Shown here in pieces: positions 47,287 to 64,000 of a stretch of DNA of 64,000 bases. The notes beneath the pieces are model-generated. The model saw only the letters and a program-made list of their open reading frames with translations. It had not been told where the DNA came from and made no database searches. Positions within the stretch are counted from its first letter, which is position 1. Every line of letters starts with the position of its first letter. The stretch is from Chrysomallon squamiferum (Eukaryota; Animalia; Mollusca), in NCBI GenBank assembly GCA_012295275.1, contig CM022665.1, forward strand, positions 3,534,001-3,598,000, in the 5' to 3' direction. The translations under genes and the position numbers were made by a program.

Positions 47287-49648
47287 ATGGATAATGAATC
47301 AACTAGTGCATCAAAAATACAAGCAACTTATGGTGAGATTCCTGAAATATAAAATTTGCCAATAGTTTTGAATACTATACTTGCAATAGCATTAATTTAT
47401 TTATGTTACAAAAATTGGATACGGCTAAGTCTGTTTTTAATTTAAGTTAAATTTTGTTTATTCTTAAATGATATAATATGATTTTAAAATATATTGTATA
47501 TTTTAATATACCAATTTTTGTGTAAATCGTGGTTATATTTCTAGAACATATTATTTTTACTGTTAAATTGTTTTACTTGCTTAGTTATGTGGATTGCAGA
47601 AATCAAATGTCATTATGTTGATTAACACCAAAACTTTGGTCGAAATTAATCTTTATTAGGTTAATTTATAAAATGTCTGAGAATACAGACATACTGGTGA
47701 ATAAAAATATTATATTATAAATAAGTCCAATACCTTTTTATTTGATTTCTGAAGAAAATTTTGTTGCTTGGATGAAAATTGCTGTAGCTGTGGCAATGAT
47801 TCGGGCTGCACCTCCTAACATGAAGGGGAGAGAATTTGCTGAAAAATTAGCATTTCTGTATCAACACCAACAACAGCAGTGGAAATCCAAATATGAAAAA
47901 GCAGCAGAAGAAAACCTTTATCTGAGGCAGCAGATGGTTTTAAGAAATGTACAGGAACTGGCATCAACAAGTTCTTCTTGTAAGAATTTGAAAGTTACTT
48001 AATTTACCCATATGAACTGATTAGTAAATACCAATAAACTTACAGAACTTTACAGTCTGGGTTTTCATTAGATCAGTATCAGTAACGGTTGTTTATTTTT
48101 TGTTTTTTTCATATCATATTTCTCATGCAGTATCAAGTTGCAATTTTGGAGAAAAAAAATTGTACAGGTTCCAGTTTCCCATCTCATACGTCATTCATAA
48201 AAATTCCTATCATTGTACCAGTGAATATATTGAGGAAATATTGTCCAAATATTTTGCAAGTTTATTTACAATACTGGACAATATAAATACATTGAATCAA
48301 TATTTGATTGCATGTGCAGTTACAGTCTTAAAAATATATTAACAAATGAAAATAGTTTCAAAGTGTTATTTATAAAAACTCAATAACTTTATATAGAACT
48401 TTTTTGTTTGTTTGTTTGTCCCAGGCACTGATTTTGGTGAAAGCCAGGCATTATTTCCAACACCTCCAAGTTCAGGTCAACCAGAAAGGTCTTCATCCAC
48501 AGATGTGTTATTCTGTGATGAACTTTACAGAAACACAAAATTTCTCCAAGTTGTTATAAAAATCCAGAAAACTGCTGGCCAAAGTCATCAACACTCTCTG
48601 CTGTATAGTATTGCCTCAAAAACTCTTCACAGGTCTGTTAAAGTCATAAGAAAAATGCTTGTAGATGATCAGTCATTCATCTCCATCACCAACATGAAGT
48701 TGTCAGTTCAGAGTATTGTTACTCTTGTGGAAGATGACAAGTTCAGTCAGGACACTCAGCTAAATATTCAAATCTGTGGAATCGTCAAAGACCTGATTGA
48801 AAAGATTATGTCAACTGATGGCTTGGACAAGGTTTTATTTTATTATAAGAGATTTAGATCAAGTCCAGCCTGCTCATTCTTAGCAAACTATCCAAGTTTA
48901 TGTCTTTTCAATTATTATTCATCATTAAATAATGTCTCAAGACTGAAAAATATATTTTGTGATCTACTTAACAGTTTTAAAAAAATAACCATCAACTGCT
49001 TGTAACTTTCTTTTTCAAATACATATTAATACTAAAAAATAGTTTGTACTGGAATAAAGATAGTGATTTTAAATTGGCTTTTCACTGATCAAAGACACCA
49101 TCAGATCCAACATTTTTGTTTTACATTTTTACAGCATTGACTAAATTAATAGAAATTTTCTCTTAAAAACTATTTTCTGAACCTACATCTTACTATCTCC
49201 GTTAAATCAGATATTGTAATTTTTTTTTTAATAAATTAAACTCATATGTCATTTAATACAGGAACCACTTCATGTGAAGAAAAATCTTGAAGAACTGCTA
49301 GTTTGTTTTGCTGTCACAAAGTCGTGCATTCTCCTGACCAACGTTTTCGAGCTTCTTTTGACCGAGATAGAGAAGTTCTGTGGCTCAGTAAGAAAAAGCT
49401 GTATAGAAGGAGAACTAGTAGATCTGGAACAATATGAGAATGTGTATCACATCATTTCAGCCCTCCTAAGATGTGTGCAGGACAGCAAAACAGTGCTAAC
49501 CACCAACTTTGGAAAGAATATTTGTGATGGTATAGAGGAAAGACTTGATGATGCTCTGCTTTACATCTCAGATAAGTATCCACTACTAGCACATTCACTG
49601 TGGAGAATTGGGGCAGTGCTTCAAGCTTTCAAGTTAGAAGCATCTTAA
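47287..49648 (+). CDS. MEI4: Meiotic double-strand-break formation protein MEI4
   Basis: Exons 47287-47332, 47755-47979, 48425-48831, 49262-49648. N-terminal KIAVAVAMIRAAPPNMKGREFAEKLA...WKSK...LRQ and C-terminal ISDKYPLLAHSLWRIG match the conserved MEI4 signature motifs. Exon 1 is less certain. Confidence 0.85.
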
Positions 49649-51049
49649 TTTATATTATACACTGTTTTAACTTTTCAAAAAAGAATCAGATATGCTAACT
49701 ACAATTCAGATATAATACGTAACTACAAAACAATGATTAATTCTGGCCATGTATATACGCAGCGGGCTGTATCTTAGTACTTAAAGATCACAGCTTCAGT
49801 CATCAGTGAACCAACTGAACTATTTCCCATTACAAATATTTTGGTTTATTAAATCAGACTGAGAAAGTGTTAAAGGTTTTATTTTGTTTATTACATTTTG
49901 TTGCAAATTATTATAAATTTAAGTATCCAGCATCTGTCCTTTTCCCAGTCATAAAACAAATGACACTATATAAAGTTTAAAAATAATTCTACTTAAGATA
50001 ATAAGTGATAAACAATGTAGCTTTCAAATACTTTCAAACATAAATGTTTGTTTTATTTGTCGATTGGAACAAATAGGTTTCAAGTCTAGTACTTTTATAA
50101 AGGAAAATAGTTTCTCATGTCCCTGTTTACATTCATTCATTAAATATGTCAGCAAGAGAAAAAAAAAATAATAAAAAAAAATAAAGAAAAAATATACTAA
50201 TAAAAGATTACAATGGGGACAATATTTACAAACAATCTGCTTCAGAACTTGGATCATTATCTGTATATAAACAGTAATTTTTTCCAAGCTCCTCATAGAA
50301 GATTATAATTGAAAAAGCATCATTCTATTTGAGTATCGTAGAGATAATAATTTTTTTCCATTCCATGCTCAATTTGCTCACTTATTCCTCGTGTTTATTT
50401 TTTGTTTCATGTTTTGATGTAATTGATTTTCTAGTGCACTTTTGCTGATCCACGATTGCAAACAATCTTCAAAAAGCACACAAGGTCAACTTCCAATATA
50501 ATACATGGACACTTGGGCATGTTTAGGATGCTCCAAGCCACTTATGTACAGGTGCAGAAACAAAAGAATCTAATTTCTGTCACCGATATTCAGCATATAC
50601 ATGTGTAACAAGAAATTATAACAGTATGTATTTAGATAAATGTCAGTATTGGTTTGTACTGTACATAAAAATTCATTTAGGACAAAACCTAAGTTATTTA
50701 TTCATTCCTTCTTTAGGTTGTACCAGCTGTTTATTTGAATTGTTATTTTAACTGTTCACAAATAGGGTCCACTAGCAGATAGTAAATAATTCAAATGTGG
50801 TGTTTTCATGTAAAAAGCTGTTTGTTTTAATGTGATGTAAATATTTCTGCTTATCATTAATGTTTCATTTCAGTGCCTGTGTATAAAATTCAGATGTATG
50901 TTACATTTAATATGCCTGTTTATTTAAATAAATAACAGATCTAATTGTGTTTATTTTATTTTAATTAGAAATAAAAACTGACTCAAAGAAAACTGATCTG
51001 TCACTTTATTGTTTTTATTAGTTAGGTGTTAGCCATTTTATAAAAATGT

Positions 51050-52647
51050 CTATTGGTTTGCTCTTGCAGCGAGACGCCTATCTCTCTCCTCTGCAATAGT
51101 TAGCCGGACACCTTTACCACGTGGAAGTGAAATCCACGGCTTGTTGCCTTTCCCGATCACGAACACGTAGTTCATTCTGGAAAACAGAGTTACTCTCCAA
51201 TTCAAATGATTAAAATAACATCAAGTTAATAGATTCCATTTGATTTTCTCTCCCACATAATTTGTAACTAAATTGTGAAAACAAGTTTGCAACGATTAAT
51301 ACTGTCGAAACCACTATGACTATTATGTTAGAATAATGTTATCTTTTAACTTAAGAAATTTTAGTTCCTCTTTCCTTTAAAGAATAATTTTTTTTTTTTT
51401 TTTAAATTATAATAAAACAGCAAGTTGTTATGCACACGAGATATATGGGGGGGGGGGGGCGAATAAATAAAAAGTGTGTCAATCAGCTTACCGAGTGGCA
51501 AATGTATGTCCAAGAGCATCCTTGATGTGGACTATGTCAAATGAGCCAGGATGTCTTTCTCGAGAGGTGATGATGCCAACTCGTCCCAAGTTATGACCAC
51601 CGGTCACCATGCACAAATTGCCTGCAAATAAACAAAACTCTCAATTGAATTCATTAGTGGTTTTGGGTTGTTTTTTTTGCACAATAACATTTTGAAACCA
51701 TTTTTAAAAATGCCAGATAAAGTAGAAAATGTCAGGTATAAAAGAAAACAAACTTTTAGTTGGTGAAATATAAATGAAATACACATTAATTAGAATTTTG
51801 TTGTCACTTCAGTTGGTGATGCCAGATGTAGATGTATTCTCCATTCAGCGACCGTCTGATAGATAATTATTTTGGCGTTCTTTTTGACCACACTAAGAAA
51901 TAAATGTATAGCATGGCTTCGATACTGCCGTAACATCATCTGTCATTCTTGAAATAATTTCTGGTATTCAAATAATTGGACTCCAACAGCAGAAGTTTTT
52001 GATGTACATGTTATCATTACCCGTTTTCATTAATGGAAGAAAAAAGAAAATTAAAAAAATGTTTTAAAAATAAACGAGCTGTTATTTTATCCAACTTATC
52101 AAAGACTGTTCAGAATCAAAACGATGACTAGTATTTGGTATTTTGTTCCATACAGCATAAATTGAATTAATGACAAGACTATATATTAAATCATGTCACT
52201 TCAGTTGGTGATGCCAGATGTAGATGTATTCTCCATTCAGCGACCGTCTGATAGATAATTATTTTGGCATAATTTTTGACCACACAAGAAATGTAGCAAA
52301 AGCATGGCTTCGATACTGCCTGTTAACTTATGTAGGATCACATTTGTTGAATTAACTGTATTAATTTACATGCTGTGAAGACAATACACTCACTAAATTT
52401 TGTCATAAGCAAGAAAATATAAATATTTGGGGGTGGGTTGGGCAGTTTTGTTTTTCCCCATTTTTTTTTATCAATTTAATTTCTTGATTTGTTCATGTCA
52501 TGGCAGATTTCATCTTCTATCGAGATAAAAAAAACTTTGTACAGACTCAACAACCCATTATTTTAAATAAACACCAGTCTTACAATAATTTATTATGGTA
52601 AAGATATAAAACATAATATTTCAAGGCATTTTCCCCTGCAAATTTGA

Positions 52648-52681
<34 letters not shown>

Positions 52682-54821
52682 CATTCTATTAATAATAAAG
52701 TTGAATCCGATCATCTGTTTAAAAAAATTAATTTAAATATTATCCAATATCTAAACAAAATATTTTTTAATATGAACACTATCATAAAATACTTCCAGGA
52801 AAAAGTCATTCAGATTCAGTTTCTTGTCTCTAACAAGTGGTGATGCCGTTAGTTAACAGAAATACCAAACAGCGACCGTCTGAAAGATTTTTTTCTTGGC
52901 ATTTTTTTGACCACACAAAGAAACAGATCTTAAGCATGGCTTCGATAATGCCAATCACTTCAGTACCATATTAAATTCAAAAAACAAATGACAGACCTGA
53001 ATCGAACTTGACAAAGTCTCTGATTTTGCCAGTTGCTATGTCAACCATGACAGTGTCATTGACTTTGATCAGAGGATCTGGGTAACGGATTGTACGGCCG
53101 TCACTGGTGTGGATCATGGGCACACCTTTGGGTCCTACATGCAGTTGTCTAACACGACTCAGTTTATACTGTAAAATATAAAAATCACTTATTATCATCC
53201 ACAATTCTATGTTTCAAAGGAATGTATTTGTTTTTAATATTTTGTAGAATATAGCCAATTGGCATAAACAGAAAACAAATAAAGATCTGACCAGTTATTT
53301 ACTTTCTAGAAATAGAAACAATAAATGTGTACCTTTGCCTCCTCGGGTTTAATCCGATGCACAATAAATCGACCCTTGACATCATACAGGATGCGGAAAT
53401 TCTCTGATGTTTTTTCAATCGTGATAACATCTACAAAAAAAAAATCCATTAGTTTGTAATCATTTGATGCTTTTAGCAAAATGCCATAAATAATAAAACA
53501 GCTTCTAACATGTCTTGTTTTGCAAAACCAAAGGACCTGATAATTAACGGAAACATTTTCCTATATGTTTTTTGTAACAAAAGATCACTCTCATAGATAA
53601 ACAGTTCTGAACTTAAATAACATTAATTGAAACTACTTCTGTAAATGAATTACAAGCCAGAATGAATCTAATGGTATTTTTTATTTTTAAAAATATATAG
53701 TACATCAATTTAATCATTGAATACTTAGCTTATATTACTATCTAATAATGCACAATACATATGTACCCATAAATCCAGTTGGGTAAGTTTTGTCAGTCCT
53801 GATTTTGCCATCCACTTTTATGAGTCTCTGATTGACAATCTTTACTACTTCATCGTAAGTAAGAGCATACTTCAAACGGTTTCTCAACAGAAGCATCAAG
53901 GGCAAACTCTCCCTTAGCTTATGTGGTCCAGTGCTTGGTCGAGGAGCCTTGCAAAACAGTATCATAACAATATGAAATACCATTCTCAATTACTAGTCAG
54001 TACATAAACACAACTTTTGAAACATTTCTCTGTTAATTACTGAAAGTAAACAACAATTCTACAATGTGTTTATGGTGCTGATTGTTGCAAATAGTGATAA
54101 AAATAAATGAAATTAAAAATATTCTTATGATATAGCTTATTTAAATGGTACATTTGTAGTGATGAAATTCCTTTACCAACTTGAAAATTACTTTGTCATT
54201 TGAAACATATGTTCCCAAAATGAATATCAAGACATTTTAAGTCTTTACTTAATCACGTTTTGTGTAAAACTGTTTCAAGTATGGGATCTTACCAGTATAT
54301 CTTACAAAATGTTACTAATTATTTAGTTATCTGTACTTACAAACACTCCACCTAATTTGTCCAACATCCATGACTTTGGTGCTGTTACTCTCTTCAGAAT
54401 CTTTCGTCTACCTCGATAACCCTGAAATAATATTTGTTTTATTCAGTGCACTATCTTTAACAGACTTATTGCAGTCTTGCAACCGTAACCTAGCTTTTGC
54501 AGATCGTATGGCTAAAATCTTTCTGTAAATTAAATTATTTTAATAAATGTTTAATTATTAAATATCGGTCAGTACTTCACCAATTCTAAAAACTAACTCA
54601 ATATCTAAACTATTTTTGTTTCGTAAAAGACAGCAGTCTTGACGTGCACACGTATAATAACTAAATTCACTAATACAACACCTAAAAATTTAAAATAACT
54701 TCTCGTTTGAGTTCTTTATTATGTTTGTTATGATACTACACTGTTTTATTATTATACCATGTTGTATATATTCCACGATCGCAAAAGATTACAAGCGTGC
54801 TTTATAAAATCAACGTACCAT
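51050..54821 (-). CDS. RPS4: 40S ribosomal protein S4 (eS4)
   Basis: Exons 54819-54821 (ATG), 54341-54421, 53767-53947, 53333-53430, 52997-53168, 51492-51621, 51050-51176. Motifs [67 protein letters not shown]. Confidence 0.98.
51799..51930 (-). ncRNA. SNORA16: H/ACA snoRNA, SNORA16 (ACA16)/snR46-like, copy 1
   Basis: 5' hairpin pocket ATCGAAG / TCAAAAA flanks stem CCATGC:GTGTGG and pairs with LSU rRNA UUUUUGA-UC-CUUCGAU. H box AAAATA, GACGGTCGC in hairpin 2, terminal ACA. Sense to the host gene, in RPS4 intron 5. Confidence 0.88.
52191..52321 (-). ncRNA. SNORA16: H/ACA snoRNA, SNORA16-like, copy 2
   Basis: Near-identical to copy 1 with unrelated flanks; same guide pockets and H/ACA boxes. 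Confidence 0.88.
52822..52954 (-). ncRNA. SNORA16: H/ACA snoRNA, SNORA16-like, copy 3 (more diverged)
   Basis: Retains ATCGAAGCCATGC, GTGTGGTCAAAAA, H box AGAAAA, CAGACGGTCGCTG, GGCATCACCA and ACA while the loops diverge. Confidence 0.85.
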
Positions 54822-54850
54822 CTTGAACGACTACCGGAAAAGGAAGATGC
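54822..54850 (-). promoter_or_regulatory. TCT initiator / 5' TOP tract and short 5' UTR of RPS4
   Basis: Minus strand reads CATCTTCCTTTTCCGGTAGTCGTTCAAG-ATG, a polypyrimidine start typical of ribosomal protein genes. Confidence 0.8.
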
Positions 54851-55591
54851 TTGCTGAAAGCCGGTGTAAATACAAAATGTTCGTGTTGTCAATTTACTCC
54901 TCTGATTCTGTTTGTTTACAGCGTACTTATTTTAAGTTTTAAGCATTTTTAATTATTATAAATTAAAAGTGAAAAAAAGTTTTAAAAATCCAAATCATTT
55001 AATGAAAATGTATTGATAAGCAAAAATCCAAACGTATTATCAAGTACATTAAAAATATATATATTTACGATAATATTTTCTAAATAATAATAATAACAAT
55101 AATTTAAAATAAAACTTTCAAATTTAAATCATTACCAAAATCAAATATGTAAAACGTAAATATATTTCGAGATCATAATTTATTGCTCTTCTTAACGAAA
55201 CAACATGGAACTGAAATCATATATTGTATCTGTTATGAGAAAGGAAGATATTTTAAACATAGATGAAACATAAAATAAACACTTTATTCGATTTGAATTT
55301 AAATCAACCAAATTTATTGTTTTTTTTTTTCTTTCTGTGATTGGATGCCCGGGGCCATTGACCCCCCCCGTCTTCACGCCACTGTGTATAGGTATATATA
55401 TTTCTTGACAACAGTGATATCCATGTTGGTGTAATTTGATACACACTGAAATGAATGAATTTAAACCCAAGCAAGTCATTAAATACACGCCAGTGCATGA
55501 TTCAGCATTTAAGAAGTATGTACATGAATAGTGGTAATAACAACTGATTTTTTAATTTTTTATTTTTATTACTATGGATGTGAATTGTTGT

Positions 55592-55622
<31 letters not shown>

Positions 55623-56093
55623 CAATAAAAAGAGAGAAGAAACCATAACGTGATGAGTAGGTTAAATAAAAAAAAAAAAAAAAGAGTGTTACATTACTGC
55701 GCTTCTGGGTTCCGTTTTCAGTTCAGGCATATCTTACATTTAGGCGGTATATTTGGAAAAGTGAATATAACAATTTGCGTCTAATGCATTTTTATTGTAT
55801 AGGTAGATGCAGATAAAATGATATTATCAAAAAATTAAAACGAATTATTTATAATAATAATTCATTTATTCATTCATTAACAACGTACAGAAGTGTTATT
55901 TATCTGATCGCAGAAGTCTTACAATTTCCGGCAAGAAATGTTTTGGGAAGCATTAAACTCAACACCGTTTTAAAATTTCTTGGTTGTTAAATCGTAAGTT
56001 GTTGGTTATCTTCACCAGAGTTATCCTATCAAAAATTATGTTTCATGGTGCGAAATCGTAGAACTTCCTTGAGAAGTGTGTGTGACAAGAACT

Positions 56094-64000
<7,907 letters not shown>

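Overview
AT-rich, microsatellite-dense animal genomic DNA with spliceosomal introns; a lophotrochozoan such as a mollusc is my inference and cannot be proven from this window. Most entries in the ORF track are microsatellite noise, and the real genes had to be assembled by hand from splice sites. Left third: a cluster of three paralogous six-exon genes (3294-5881 minus, 11734-15068 minus, 22744-25386 plus). Each encodes a signal peptide, a shortened BRICHOS-like pro-domain (CY[VI][VI] ... CEKxxGKG[KR]x[IV]) and a C-terminal peptide encoded wholly by the last exon. The three peptides are chemically unrelated: an Arg-rich (+9), 4-Cys arenicin-like beta-hairpin; an Ile/Val-rich hydrophobic C-YPDG-C hairpin; and a Cys-free peptide on a precursor that is about 15% Met. 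This cluster is the main candidate for an undescribed system. Right two-thirds: a Notum/pectin-acetylesterase-family hydrolase, CUEDC2, MEI4, RPS4 (three SNORA16-like H/ACA snoRNAs in one intron) and the 5' part of MTF1. Also present are Tc1/mariner and Tigger-like MITEs, a decayed non-LTR reverse transcriptase fragment and minisatellites.
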